A stretch of DNA of 64,000 nucleotides from Fimbriosthenelais zetlandica (GCA_977030845.1 OZ365114.1:20646001-20710000), one strand, 5' to 3'. Positions 37,801 to 52,295 are shown, counted from the stretch's first letter. The notes: a model not told the origin generated them from the sequence alone. Program-made: numbers and translations.

Positions 37801-39139
37801 GAATGCTTCAGAATATATGGTCAGCCATGGCAATCATAATTGTCATTTGCCTCAGGGCTAAACTGTCTTGTGGAGAGCGATTGAGAGGAGAGGAGTCTCC
37901 TCATATATCCATAAATACGATACTCCAGACACCATTCTCATAAATGATAATCAACGGAATAATTTCGTTAATTAATTTCGTAGGGATGGCTCTTCTCTCT
38001 CTGTCCCTGTCTCTTTATGCCTTTGCCTCTCTGTCTCACAGTAGCACTATCGGTCTATGATTTGGAAATCAATTCAAGACAAAACCAAAACTTGAAATGA
38101 GATTCTAATATATTTATTATTATTTTAAATGTGGCCAACGATTACGCATTAAATTCTTAAGTTCAAACGATAAATACAGGCCTATAGATAGAAAGAATTT
38201 ATGTAACATAATATACATAATATATTATATTGGACATCCCTTCTTTCGATGCCAGTTTTTTCATTGTATCAGTGAATTAGCACTCATTAACTCAAATCGT
38301 AATTCTAGCGAATCCCCGCCTTGTCACCAGGTGCCATGTGTGCAGTGTAAATAGGCGGAACACAGTGACCACGTGACCCATGCCGACCTCCGGGCTAAAG
38401 CAGATGAAGGCCTGTGATTGGCTGCTTCTCGTGTTATCGCGACATTAATCACCCAGCACTGGGCAAGCAGTTGATGATTAATGTGACTTTATACAAGAAC
38501 GGCTTCCTTTGTCTCCTCTTCTATACATCTGCGACGAATCGCAACATATATACAACTAGCTTGGTCATTTAATTCCCTCCTTTTTGATTCTTAAATATGT
38601 GGCGAGCTATCATTGTCAGCATTTTCTCATCCATCACACACCAAGGATAATATGATATTAACCGTCAATACTGCCAGAAGATCGAAGTAAAAATATACAT
38701 AATTTTGACAGTTTATTTCAACTGCATGCACCTGGGCTAGAGTGAAAGACATTTAAGATGGTGAATACACTTGAAAACAAGAAGTTTTCATTATTAATGT
38801 CCGATTTCTAAACGTGGAACTTTTCACCTTGCTTAAGGTTCTGTCTGGTTGCCTTTTTTCTGTTAATGAACCATTCCATGGACCCGCAGGTGTTTTGAAA
38901 TCAACACTCCCTTCTTAGGATTCAAATTTCAAAATGACTCCTCCAAAGGTGCGAAAATCATCGCTTACGTTATCTATGGCATGTGTCAACAGTCACCCAG
39001 GCCACTTTCTCATGAGATGTCATGGGTTGCAAAAGAATCCCAAATGAAAAATTACTGTTTCAGAAATGTGAGATGTTGAGAAAATCTCTGACTTTTCGAC
39101 TCTTGACGCGTATCGATGTCCCCTTCACTGCAACTCGCA

Positions 39140-39240
39140 CCAGCCATTGGCTGGTGTCTCCCCACCGGAAACTACGTCATAGATCACGTGCTCTGCAGGG
39201 GGCCGCCATCTTGTAACAATGGCGGCGCTCGCTTCCCGCA
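39140..39240. promoter_or_regulatory. Promoter-like element (YY1, E-box, CRE half site, ETS)
   Basis: ACCGGAAA around 39164, TACGTCA 39173-39179, CACGTG 39185-39190, GCCGCCATCTTG (YY1 consensus) around 39202-39213, AATGGCGGC around 39218. Confidence 0.45.
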
Positions 39241-42200
39241 GTCCGATGCAATTCTCCTATTGAAAACCGATCTGAAAGTTAACTCGGAGTGTCATTGGTC
39301 ATGGAGAAAGCACGAAGCAGATACCTAGTGGCGCCCACCGGAGTGCCCTTTGTCATTTTTACGTCGGGGGATTAAGATAAATATTGGTTTAATGCCCGAT
39401 GAATTTGCCACTTAACATTAATTGACCCCCGCATAGGACCAGATTCATTGGCACAAGCATTCTCAGCATGCTTTAAATCTCGCCATCTGTTGCTGTCAGA
39501 AAGCTATAGAAGACCTAGAACCTGTCTTCTCCCTTCTTATATCAGGGAGGAAGATTTGTCTAACGATACTCATAAGTATAGCCACAATCGATAACAATAT
39601 TCGTCCAAAATTCAATCCAAGTACTCATAATATTTAGGACTGTAAAACGAATTGAAGTAGGCATGTCAAAAACGACCAGCTGATTTACCAGAAGAAATTT
39701 CTAACCTTGACAGTCGTTATATATGACAGCATCACTGACTATATGATCTGTCCTCCCAGGAGAGGATGTTTTCACCTTTAATTGAAAAGCCCTCTGGAGG
39801 TGGTTTACCTGAAAGTATTTTCTGCCAAAATGTTATAATGAGCTAATCCATATTGCCTGAAAGGATTCTTCTCGAGTTCCTTTATGGTAAGAGGATATAG
39901 GAGTAGTGAAGTAGAAATTACGTTCTAACCACATAGTGATAATACTGACAATGGTAACTTGGGTGCTGAATTCAGCATCTATATAGCAAATATATTGGTC
40001 CGAATAAAATGTTAATGAATATTCTCTCTATGGACAATAGTTGCGTGAGAGGGCACTATTAAGTGACCATAGCTAAACTTGTACACACCCTATTCTCAAC
40101 CACAATACCCGTGCCACCCATACCACCCCTGGACCTTATAACAACCCATTTGATAACCGGAAATGCCCTGACGACGCTTCACTGCCATTGCAAAAGGACA
40201 AGACCAATTAAAGATGGCCATTTTCTGGTGGTCTCATTAATTATGTCCGGCTACCAGGTGAAGTGGACGCTTGACCACATAAATCCGGCCCGATCTGCTG
40301 GTAGCTGGTATGAAGGGACTGGAGGACCCTTTCCCACCTGTTGAGGAAGGGCAATAATTACCCGGGGTGGAAGGGTGGGTAACGGACGGGCATAGTGTGG
40401 CCAGGCTCCTACATGATCCTCTCCTGTTAATCTTTAATGTGTTCGTGTCACCAGAATGTCAGAGCTTGGCAGTGGTCAAGGCGTACACAACATTGTTTCC
40501 TTTATGTTTGTCGCCATGGAGACCAGGTGTGGACCAGAAGGGGTAATATGTCACGATCCTCCCAACACGTGTACGGCTCACTGCTCCCCCGCCTGTACAT
40601 GTCCTAAACTCATTTTATATTGTGAAGATATCTCAATTATACTTACAAAGGCTGGGGACATTATAGTGAGGCTTGCAAATGCACATTGTGTCCTCTCTCC
40701 ATCATTTCCTTTGTTATATCTGATACATTAAATGAATAGTTAAATCTCAAGATAACACAAACAGAATTTGGTCATAAAATAGTTTTATGAAGTCTCAAAT
40801 GGGGATTGTTGTTGAAACAATTTAATACAATTATTATACCAGTTGCAACAGAATGTACTTCCGGTTCCTCTTGATACCAGTTGCCCGTCATGATTGCCCA
40901 TAGAACCCCATAAACATCTATTGAACAATATGGTAATTACCTTCTTTGGTGTTCCATCCGAAAATGAACATCCATGTTTCTCATGAATTCAAAAGTAGCC
41001 AATAATCAAAGACACCCCCATAAAATAATAAGGATGACCAAGTATTATGTAACTACCCTATACCCTGCATGAATACAAATATAGGTTTTACATGAATTTT
41101 ACAACATTATTCCTCGGCCATAGCGATTGATCATTGACCAGTCAGTTAATTACGCCGGTAACTTCAAATCACTGATGGTTACTCTTACAAACCACACAAT
41201 AGGAGAGGAGCACCTGATGGGATCGGCGGTTAGAAGGTTACATACTCCCAACTCTTCCATACTCACTCCCTAAACGACTGCGGGCCAATGATCATCAATT
41301 ACTGAGGTGTCTTTCCCCCAGTAAATATCCCACCTCAATGGCTTTCTGATGGCGTGGAATCTAGATTAACCTCCCCTCACAGCAAAGTAATCGCTTTTAA
41401 TCAAAATGTTTACCCTCGCCCATTGTCGTGCTATAATACCGCCTGCTCTCTCTTCTCTCCTCCGCCGCTGGCCCGTGACGTTGCCGATGACATAGCTCAT
41501 GGTGGGCCCTCACCTAGGCCCTTGTCCACTCCATGTCACTATTGCGCCTGACTATAGGACACCCCTCAACAGTTGCTACCCCCAGGGCATGGTTGAGTAC
41601 CTACTTAAAGGCCCTATATCCTTCCCGACTCCTCCCCAACTTAATCAAAGCAGAATCGAAGGGAAAGTCAATTTTAACTCTTAAATGCTTCTAAATAATT
41701 ATATATACCGAGAATGACCTAAGAATTACATCTACAGATTTTGGCAAGAAACGAGCATACATCTTTTGTGCTTATTATAAACCTTTGGGAAGGTCCTCAA
41801 CTACTGGCGTAGGGTATCATTACCGGAAAGGTCCCTTTGAAAACTGGAGGTTTCAAAGGGCGTTATTAGTATCAAGATGATGTCTTCAAGGCAGAAATGT
41901 GATACAGGTGAGATAGGGCCCGGGTCCTTTGTAATGATACAGGTGTTTAATAGGGGTAAATAGCATAAGGGCCTTATCAGGTAGATACCATCTACAACTT
42001 CACACCGATAAGGACCCTAGAGCATCTTGATGCCATCCATACCTGTAATTTGAGGACAATTATTTCCTGTAAATGAAAAAAGAAAACCCTCTCACATATG
42101 CATTAAGACCTCTGGAATGTGGAAGGTGAATGTATACAGTTGTACTTTAACACCTTTGGGAATAGGTAAATGGTCAACTTAATTCGATGCATTTTACTTA

Positions 42201-45200
42201 ATACTGCATTGGCCTTTAGTGTTGTTTTGACTCACTTCAGGATCACTGACTGAAAGACCTTCCGTTGGAAAAAGAGAGATTTTTCTATGGATGTATCAGT
42301 TTCCCTTTCAGGGAATCTTTCCTATAATTATACGAGTTCATCGATACATCAAAATTTCTCTAGTGTTTTGGAGAGGTCTTGCCTGACCTGTCATTTTTTG
42401 CTCTTCCTCTCTGTTGTGTGAAACGGAAGCAATGAGCATTTGAATGACGACAACCGGATGTTAGCAACGGTAGGACCCCTGGTGGCTAGTGTATACAACG
42501 GTCGGCAGGAGGGTAAAGAGGTTGAGATAGGTGTCTAGCAAAGTGCCCTCTTTAACAAGTAGACGAGCCCTCATCCCCCGAAATAACGTGCACTGAACAA
42601 CTAAAATATTCCCACAATATACCCATTTACAGCATGATTTGAAACTGAGTCTGATATCCCGAACACATAGATCTTTCTAAACAGTTTTTGTGTTACTGTT
42701 TTAATATTTTTTAAACATACATAATTGAAGACCTGGGCAGGTCTATGTACCTGGTGATACCAATAGTATGATGGCGAGTTGAAGGCAATGATCACCTGTT
42801 GCCGAGGTGGGGAAGAGTTTATTCTAATGAGGACCTTGCCTCTGTACCCTTAATTGGATAGGTGATTTATACATCTGCGGTACTCAAAGGGTGCAGGTAT
42901 CCCATGATTATTCAAATCAGGTAGAATCACTGTTACCAGGCCCATTTTAAATGAAGTTTCCCACATACATATTATACTTGTTCCTGTGGGGCCTGCGGGG
43001 TATGGGATTGCTATTTGGAAGTTTCCATACGTAATTAGGAATTACATCGAGAGTCCATATTCTACCACATAAACAAATATGCCAAGGTACACAAAAAATG
43101 TAAATATATAAGGGGAAAGAAACGGATATATACAGGAAACTTTTTTTTCTGAAGAACACCAAGAGACAAAGCATATATCTGATGGTCACACCCTAATCCT
43201 GGGTGACACATTGCCCCCTCACGTGCAGGTGTCACTGGTATTATTTTCGCCTCTAGTTTTCTCCCCATTCACCCCCCGATGTATCATGATGAGTGCCTGT
43301 TGTTGGCGGCTTAAAACATGTCACAATATAACCTGAGAGTAAGAGTGAAGATGCTCTGAGAAGGATCGCCCTATACCACGTCCATAATACACAATCCTCT
43401 CTCCCGACATCAGCCTCAATGAAGTTTTGACGTGAGGGAGGGGTATCACTTACATGTCCCCAGGCATAGCTCAGTCAGAACAAATTCTGTTAAATTAACA
43501 ATTCACCACCGGAGATTCCAATCTTCGTCTTGTAAACCTGATCTAACGCTTTCATTCTGATAAGATCTTTCCCAGCCCCCTCTTTGGTTCATCAACTTTA
43601 TTGGCCGTCGGAACTGCCTTTCTCTCAATGACCGATGATTGGATTTTCCCACACTATACAATTACCACCAGCTCCGGATTGGTCTCAGGTGCCAATGTAT
43701 TATTTTTTCATTGCCCTTGAATTGTGTTTAAATAGTGCACAATACAAATTTGTGTCCTCTGTACTTTATACCTTTTTAACACAAAAATAACATTATTTCT
43801 CTGTTTCTATGTACAATTGTCCCTGTCCTTTGTCAATAAGTTCCCATGAGGTTATAACATATGAAAGGTCTTCCTTTTGAATCCCCTCTTCCCCCTTTTT
43901 CCAACTAAAATGTTACTTATCAATTTGAAAGATGAGTCCCGAAGGAGTTTTATAAAGCACAAAGAGATTTGCATTCCTTCAGGTTTGCGGAGAACTTGAT
44001 CTTATAGCAGTTGTCATGAGAAGAATGAGAGGTGAGTCGCCTTGTGGTTCAACACCTGGAGTGGATTGTTTTAACCAGGTAGATAGCTTTACCCGGTGGT
44101 TGAGAGGACTATCACTGAGTCTATGTGGATGATCGAAGGGACCATACATTGTCTCATCCCCTCCTCTCCCCACAAACCAACCCCTCCCCCACAACCACCA
44201 CCTGAAATTCAGCCTCAGGGCAGCAAACACCTGCGATCATGGCGGATTAGGTAGTCGTCAAAGACACAAAAGTTGTCGCGGCCTCCGTGCAATAAGATAC
44301 AAGCTGATTTGTAACCCTCAATTTCTTTACAATGATGCTTGGGGCATCTGAGAGTGGCTGCGGGCTGATCGGGGGCTCGAGTGTGAGGGGCTGAATGACA
44401 GGAGAAAGACAAGGCTGTATCAAACCGAACGAAACACGTGTTAATTGGAGAGGAGGCGAGTTTGACCCTGTCGACCCTGGAGAAGAGAGATATATGTAGT
44501 ATATACGGGGGGAGAGGATCAGATAGGTCTGGTGTATGTGTATAGAGTCAAGGTGTGCAGAGGGGGCGGATAAGGTACTGCTTTAATGGGAGAATAAATA
44601 TGTGTTTAAACGTGTCTATTTCAAAGGGAGAAGGTTCAATACAGGATCTAGACAAAAAACCACTGAACTGATTCGGCAGGTGTGACTAGCGAATGCCCTG
44701 TGATTTCAAACTGGTGTTCTTTTCCTTTTTTGGGTAGGAATATTTGACTTAAAGAAAGTAAGATGAACACACTTGTGGCTAGAATTTGGGCCAATCATAT
44801 TCCATGCTAGAAACTGTGATTATTGCGCTTATAAGCCATGTGGTAAACGTTAATTGCCTGATATATTTTACATAAAAACTTATGCCATAAGCCACAACCC
44901 AACAGACGGCAAATTCAAGCGATATCCCAAACAAAATGACTCAGAACCCCAACTATATAGTGGCTTCCCTTTATCATGCAAAGACACAAGCAGCTATATA
45001 TACATGACTTCTGAAGTAGATCCTACCTTCACTTAGGTTTACAATTTATTACTCATGTGCAGTTCGTGGGTAGTCCAAACGTGTTCGATACATTCACAAA
45101 TAGTATCTTAGAGTTACAGCAACAGGTTTTACCAGGCGACTGATATTCCATCCATATACCAGGCATCATGTCTTGGTGGTGTAGGCAGAGACCAGAACGA

Positions 45201-48200
45201 AGCCAATCTAGCATGTAGGAGATGAAATATACTACTGGAGGGCAAGTTCTGACTACCGCCTTTAACTTATGACACCTTCCTATGAGTTATTATACATAAA
45301 GGTAGTCGACCAAACGCATCTATACAATGCTTTTGCCCAACTTGCCGAGTATCGTGTAACATAACTACATGCCTTTCGTGCATCCAGACCCTCTGTTTGC
45401 CTGCCAGAGGTTATCATGGTCACCAGACCAGTGATGAATTAAAAGGACCGAGTTCCCGCCAAAATATGGGTTGTGTCGTATGGGCAGACGACATTTTGAA
45501 TGATCTGTGACCGTCAAAAGTACAGTCAAATACAAAAGGTGCAGCTAGGTAACAGGGGGCAACACAGGGGGCGTGCGGACAAATCATAGGCTTGAAATGG
45601 GAAGGTTCATAATGGTTATCATTTGAATTGCCTCCTCTTTGGCTTCTACAGGGTTAATACAAATACAGTATACATGATGCATCATGTTTCTTGCATTATG
45701 CTTATAGTTGTTTGTCTAGAAGGCTTTGCTGACGTTATACATGTATGACTTGGGTATATGCCCTGCAGCTTTAATTACAGTTGCACATGCAAATGTTTAT
45801 AAAAGTCCATGTTGAGAATCAATTATCATTTACTAATGACTGGCAACATGCATCTAATGCTGAGCGCCCACAGTCTCCCCGTGGCACAACAATTGAAACA
45901 ATAAACCATTTAATCTTATAATGGCATATAGAGATTTGATTATTTCCCCATAATTTGCTCCTAGAACCTTTTACTGTCCTTTGTTGTATGACGCGTGTCA
46001 GTGGTGTGATTGTACTTTTTTCGGGACAGTTGATCTACCTGCGAATAATAAAGTTATTTCTTGGAAGACCATATAGAAAAAGAAATATTTTAATAGTTCT
46101 TTTTTTACATGCATGGCTCGCGTCTATAGTGACAACCTGCCTGTGTCGTGGATATAGAGACAGGCCAAACCCGTCGCTTTTATCTCGTGAAGTTACTGAC
46201 CTAAACCCTCTCTGGAAATATAGGTTTTGATAAAGCATTCCTGACATGTAACACCATTAGTATAACAAAAATAAGGCATGCCTACGTCCTGTCAAAGTAA
46301 AGATTCACTAGATTATTTTAAACTAAGGAAAATATTTTTAAATGAATTAAACACAAAAATTAGAATTCAGTTAGCTGCAGTATAGCATGTCTGCATACTT
46401 AGGCCTGTATGTCTTGATTTCTCATGAAATTTTCATTACCGCTTGGCAATCTTCATTATTAAAATTAAGTACTTATTTTTAGCCTCCCCTGTGTTCCATT
46501 GACTATAGTCTATACATCATATTATACAAGTAGGCTTGCCATTCTGGTCTCATTTATAACTAATATACATAGACCAAAAGGCAGGAAGCAATTGACGGTT
46601 GGAAGTGGGAGGGTGTGTGGGGTTGTTGATTGTGGCTATGAGACAGTGTATAGTTGGTATAGGTACGATGTACCTTCTCGGAGACAACTGATACTGTATG
46701 AAGAGTGGTCTTCACCTCCAGGAGGCCGCCGACATAGCCGGCTTGTTGGCGGCACAAAAATCAACACACCTGGGGGCTTAAGGTCCCGGGAGCGGGAACA
46801 GGTGATCAGGAGGGCCGGGGCCCTAGTAGTTATCTCGGCGGGCGGTGGCGGCATGAGGTGCCGGGGAGAGCAGGCGCGACCAGGCCCCGGACGCGCCGGA
46901 GAGGGGAGCAGTGTGTACAATGAATCATCACCACTAGCAGGGTAGAACCAGCAGAACGCCTGCCACCCCACAGAGAAGGGGTCTATTGTACCTGGGCAAT
47001 CATGAGAATTACCGTATTTCAGGTAGTAAAGGCTACAAGACCTTTATAAGTAATGGTCGTGTAAATATCGCGATGTAGATGGATGAATACATGAAAGCTT
47101 TTGACAGAGTAAAAGGTGGAATAACAAAAGTTGATCGGGAAGATCAAGATAGACGGAAGATATATCAAAATCATAAAACAAAACTTTACTGGAAACACAA
47201 AGATGCTTGTTATACGCCATGAAAATGAAGTCTAAGAATACCAATCAATAAAGAGCGGTGTAAGACAAGGGTGTGTCCTGTCTCCAACACTTTTTTCTCT
47301 CAACAGTGATGCTTGAGAAACACCCAAAGTTTGAAAGGCCTGTCAGGCATTGCAGTAGGGGAACACAACAATAACGTTGCATATGTGGACGACATCATTT
47401 TGATTGGGAATTTGATTTCTTTGTAAATTTACGGTATCAGTATTAAATATGGAGATTGAGGAGGCGGAGACATGTAGTGATGAGGTGGAAAGTTGGGGCG
47501 AGGAGAGAGAAAGAGGGGGAGGAGAAAACCCTGTATAGATACACGGCTATAGAGAAGTCCACCTTGTATTCTGGACATTAGACCCGCGAGGGGACAATGG
47601 CGATATGGGAGGGATTGAATAATGAAGATGATGATGTGGTCAATCAAAGGTAGATGACCATCCATATTGTGATAATAGCTGGGGTATAAATATCTCCCCA
47701 TTCACTTTACCTGTGTAGTCAAAGAGGTAGAAACGATAAGGCAGTTAGGGGAGGGCAAGGCATATTAGATAGATGAGTTTAAAATTTGTTATAATTCTTG
47801 ATGGCTTCAATTCTCTCACCTTCTTGTTAAATATTCCTTTTGAACCGCGTCACTTATTGCGACTTCGTAGCGATCCTATACCAGGTGATGTAACGTGGTT
47901 CGAAGGCAATAATAAGAATAACATCCAGAAACGAAAAATGTAAATATCTGTGTATATAGCGCGGAAAAGAGCAACTTTAAGTGTATTTTTCTGTCGCATC
48001 AGCCCTCAAATGGCTGCAATACTAGCATCTATATTGGTTTATATAAATTTCTAATTGAGAATGAGAATTTAATGTGTCTTGTATTAAATATGAAAGTGCG
48101 ATGTAACCGAACAGACCAGCCTCAAACATGAGTTTGATATGAATGCGTTCATCATAATCTTCTGAAATTTTGTATTGAACGTGGTCCAAATAATTTCTGC

Positions 48201-49099
48201 GTTAAAATGTTTTAAATTATAGCTTGAGCGATGTAAAGATATATTAGAGATTAAGTACACCGTAATGATTAATGTGTAATTGTTTCCTTACTATGTCCAC
48301 GAGAGAGTCTATTAATCTGAGATAAATTTTAAGCATGTAATCACAATTTTGATGGATCGTTAGTCCTCTCTATGAGTATACCTTAAGCATTGACACTATG
48401 CGGGCGCCATTTCTGCACGGTGAAGCCAGTGGATGTGTGCATGTGGGTGTGTAGGTGGATGTGTGTGTTTAGCTATCATGTGTGTGCATACAACACATGG
48501 TGTGTAAAGGTGGCGGACCTGCCGCTAAACACCTGGATCTCTACTGTGGTGGACAACGTGGAGGAGGTCAAGAAAACTGTAAAATTACTGACCCATTAAA
48601 ATAGAAAATCAACCTTTCAGAAAAGTACGGAGATACTGGATTTTTAACAATCCTTTACTTATTCATCAGTTTGTATAATCCAACATTCCTCAATCATAAA
48701 ATAGCGTAATGTGTCTATAAGAATCAGAGGTATAGGCCTATAATATTATGAAACGTGTATATTAGTATATTGAGAATATCTATATTGTATGTACGATCTA
48801 TAGCTCTATCGTAGTGTCCTAATCCTGACCCCCTGTACATAGCAAGTAACAGCTTTTCCCTCCCACTTGTCTGTCTATATATTTGTGTATCTGATATTTT
48901 TGTGCACGATCTTGTAACACTTTTATATAAATTTCCTTTAGCTTGTTGACAAGTAGGTATACACTTGTCGCGTATTTCTCAATGAATTACCATATGATGT
49001 AACTATAAAGTTTTCTAATCCATGTTTATACGGGTAAATGGAGAATGGACGCGCGGATTCAAAGCAAAAATCTAAAAATACGGAATTCTTTTGATTGAT

Positions 49100-49105
49100 T
49101 TTATT
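49100..49105 (-). terminator. Candidate polyadenylation signal (AATAAA) of ZF-B
   Basis: Minus-strand AATAAA about 525 nt after the stop. Confidence 0.3.
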
Positions 49106-49628
49106 CACTTGATAAAACATTTTGATTTGGATGGATTATACCAGCTATCATTTCACGTCATAAAAGAACAAATCGATTATCATTTATAGGCAAAATATAA
49201 TAAAATGTATACATATTATGCGTATTTACAACATGGAAACTTAATATATGCGATTCTTCGCAAATTGATAATTTGAATAACTTAATTTCTTTGAGCGGAA
49301 CCAAAAAGACCCCTTTCACAAAAATGAAAAAGCGGAGAGATGGCTTCTATAGCACATGCCCTCAACATTTTGAAGGAAAAATGTAACAACTTACAGTTAC
49401 CATAAATGGAAATAATTGCGCATTTAATCCATATTTTCATTTTGATAACGTTATCATTTAGCACAATAAAAGTCAATGAAAAATATACATGCTTGATGAG
49501 AGTATATTAGTTATATTCAAATCTAATACCTTCAACAGTTTGATATATGAGTCAATGTGCAAATCTGAGCATTATAGTTCTTAGATATCGGATTTCAAAG
49601 TCAGTCTCGAGGTTGTCCTCTAGAATGT

Positions 49629-51033
49629 TCACAATTCTGGAGTCCACCTTTTCGGTGGTAGAGTTTGAAGTGAAGGTGGATTTCTGATAATGTCTAAATG
49701 GGAGGGTTTGTTTAATGCTTGATGCAGACGATGCTGCTGCTGTTGATGCCTTGAGAGTTCGGATGCTCTGTTAGGCAGAGTAGCTTTGTCTGCAGTTGGA
49801 TGATGGATATGTGGTAGAAGGGTTGGGGTAGGAGTTGGTGGATGTACTGGACCCACTACCGTACCTCCTGGAGCTCCAGTCACAGGAGCATGAACTGGAG
49901 GAGAAAGAGGAGGAGCTGAGAGAGGAGGTTGATGAGGTAAGGTGATATTGTCTTGTAAGCCTGATACCATGTCTATATCTACCACGTCAATGAGTGAATC
50001 ATCCTCATTATCATCCACCTCTATATCAGACAGGTTCAGATCCTCATCCTCCTCATCCAGATCATCTCTCTCCTTGGAACTCCTCCTGCGCAGTTCAGAA
50101 TCTTCGTTGCCATGTCCACGTTCCTGATCAGATGAATGGCATGTGGATCTTTCAGTGTACACACTCTCACTGTCTGATCCGTCACTTCCGTTCCTCTCAT
50201 GCACCTTTTTGTGCCTCTCCAGATTAGATTTGTGACTTGTAGCATAGTCACACTGACTGCAGAGATAGTCTTTCTGTCCACTGTGGACGGTCAGATGCCT
50301 TTTGAGGAGAGCTTTCCTGCAGAAGTTTCTTCCACAGAAGCGACACATGTAGCCGTTACTATGGAAAATGAGAACATGGTCGCGGAGGGATGCCTTGTTC
50401 TTGAACAGAACCCCGCAGCACTCCAGGGCCTTGTCACAGTCTTGGTGCATGGTTGAGATATGACGTTTGAGATTGTTCTTTCTGTCGGTCATGTACCGAC
50501 ACTGAGGACAACCAAATAGTTTCTTCCCGATGGGGTAGTGTCCCATCCTGGCCAGGTCAAAAAAGGGATTGCCAGGGTTTCCGAATGGATCCAGAAATTG
50601 GGAGGCTGCCAATGCTTTCTCATTGGCCAGGAATTGCTGGAGCTGGGATTGGAGATTGAAAGCAACAGCAGCCTGCTGGGCTTCATGTTGCTGGTGATGT
50701 TGCTGTTGGATCCAATGAGCCGCGGCCGCAGCGGCGGAAGGTGAGGAGGGGACGGGGACGGGTCGCGGAAGGCCACACACTGCGGGCGGCGCCGTCCGGT
50801 TTTCAATGGCCATCCTAGCAGCGCTAAATCCAGGCAGAGTTGTGATAGAGGGTAGTGAGGAAGCGTTAGCTGCAGAGACCGGTGAAGGTGGAATACCTCC
50901 ACGGGCACACGGCCCACCTAGGCCCGGTACTAACTGGCGCGAGTAGGGAGATGGACGGATAACTCCCCCAAAAGTTGGAGATAGCTGCTTTTGGTAGGCT
51001 TCATTGGTTGGTTGTCCCAGTGACGTGGGAAGT
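49629..51033 (-). CDS. ZF-B: main coding exon of the paralogous 4x C2H2 zinc-finger transcription factor (~477 aa with the micro-exon); fingers at 50193-50516
   Basis: The frame stays open 73 codons upstream of the ORF-track Met (50813) to the acceptor ttttgtcatcttttcag|A at 51033 (phase 2; LPTSLGQPTNEAYQKQ...). Same four fingers as ZF-A. Confidence 0.93.
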
Positions 51034-52031
51034 CTGAAAAGATGACAAAATTCATAATGTATTTCCTATTGATTTGACTGCAAGTTTGGTTGGTTTGGTA
51101 GGTAACTATTTTCTGCTGCGTAATGAAATGCTTTAAAGAATGAAATCTTAAGATTCCATATATAACGCATCTCCTATTACTTTATCTAAAAGAAAATATT
51201 ATCAAAAAAAGATAAAAATTCACTGAGTAATTTCCATAACGATGATGAGGATCATCATGGATTGAATTATTACCACAATGTGAGATTAATGACATAAGTA
51301 TTGTACTTCTATAACAATCTCCATATCCAGGTGTTCATCTTCAACCCATCTTATGTATTTAATCGGTCAATCACCAAGAATATGTGAGCTATATGATTAC
51401 TTGAAATTCACAGCTGGGAGGTGGGTTGAATAGTAATGAGTTTTGAATCAATTCAATGTATATACATGTACAGGTTGTGATTAATATGATGTATGCTTAG
51501 AACCTGTGCCTCAATGGACCAACATGGTCCAGGGGCCCTCCTATATAGTCACTCATTATTCTGATCCTTAATTATTGTGATCATAAAAGTTGGCCACACT
51601 CGCGCTGAAGGTGTCATATTAGTAATTAGATATGCATATAAAATGCTCTCTAGGTATACACATATTTTCAGCTACAATAAAATTATTCATAGGTCCAGGT
51701 CATTAGAAAATGTTTGAAGAGAGGTCAAATGAGAATTTGATTTGGAGAATCTCTATATTCAGTGCTAAATAGGTAGATCAGTGCACTGCTTGCAGCATAC
51801 ACATATTGAAGCCATATTAGTATTGATCAGTGACTATTAAAGCTGCGATGTGCCCAACTGCAAGCTCTAGGCTTCCAATAGCAACCAATACTATACACAT
51901 ACTAAGTTAAAAGGCAGTGTATCTGTAGCAGATGAAGATGCTCATGTTCAGGTACTCACATACCAAGTTATTTGTTTTATATTCTGTCAGGTTATGATAT
52001 ACGACAATGAGTGTATGGAGTGATTACTCAC

Positions 52032-52060
52032 CTGAAGCTGTTGGGGAGATACATGGTCAT
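52032..52060 (-). CDS. ZF-B start-codon micro-exon (M-T-M-Y-L-P-N-S-F-R)
   Basis: ATG ACC ATG TAT CTC CCC AAC AGC TTC AG|GTGAGT. The phase-2 donor joins the 51033 acceptor in frame (AG+A = Arg), giving a 998-bp intron. Confidence 0.82.
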
Positions 52061-52221
52061 AGGTAATTCCTAAACAGAAACGTCCGATGATGATCCTTCA
52101 GTGATCCGCACCCAACTATAGAGCTGGATCTAGTGAGTGTGGAGGGAGGAAGAGTGTGCTGACGGTTGGCTTGAGACAGTCCTTGCCTCTGTTGTTACAC
52201 TGCCCGTACACGTAGACTCAC

Positions 52222-52295
52222 TGAAGCACTCTCTCCCTTGACGAATCACTTTATTTGTCTGTCAACCTCCTCACACACTCTCCCGCAGGTATAAT
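52222..52295 (-). other. Possible non-coding first exon of ZF-B (5' boundary approximate)
   Basis: A|GTGAGT donor at 52221 and acceptor tttctgtttag| at 52070 would define a ~152-nt 5'UTR intron ending 9 nt before the ATG. Inference. Confidence 0.38.

Noticed and set aside
36834-39455. 16-nt direct repeat CAGATTCATTGGCACA (36834 and 39440)
   Set aside because: About this many 16-mer coincidences are expected in a window of this size, and the flanks do not align.
41833-41860. Perfect 10-bp hairpin CCCTTTGAAA/TTTCAAAGGG; also GTGTGACC/GGTCACAC at 12431-12449
   Set aside because: A few such stems are expected by chance in 64 kb.
52123-52143. Minus-strand pieces resembling miR-279 (ACTAGATCCA and CCACACTCA)
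   Set aside because: The pieces are in permuted order, there is no hairpin, and they lie in the ZF-B 5' region.
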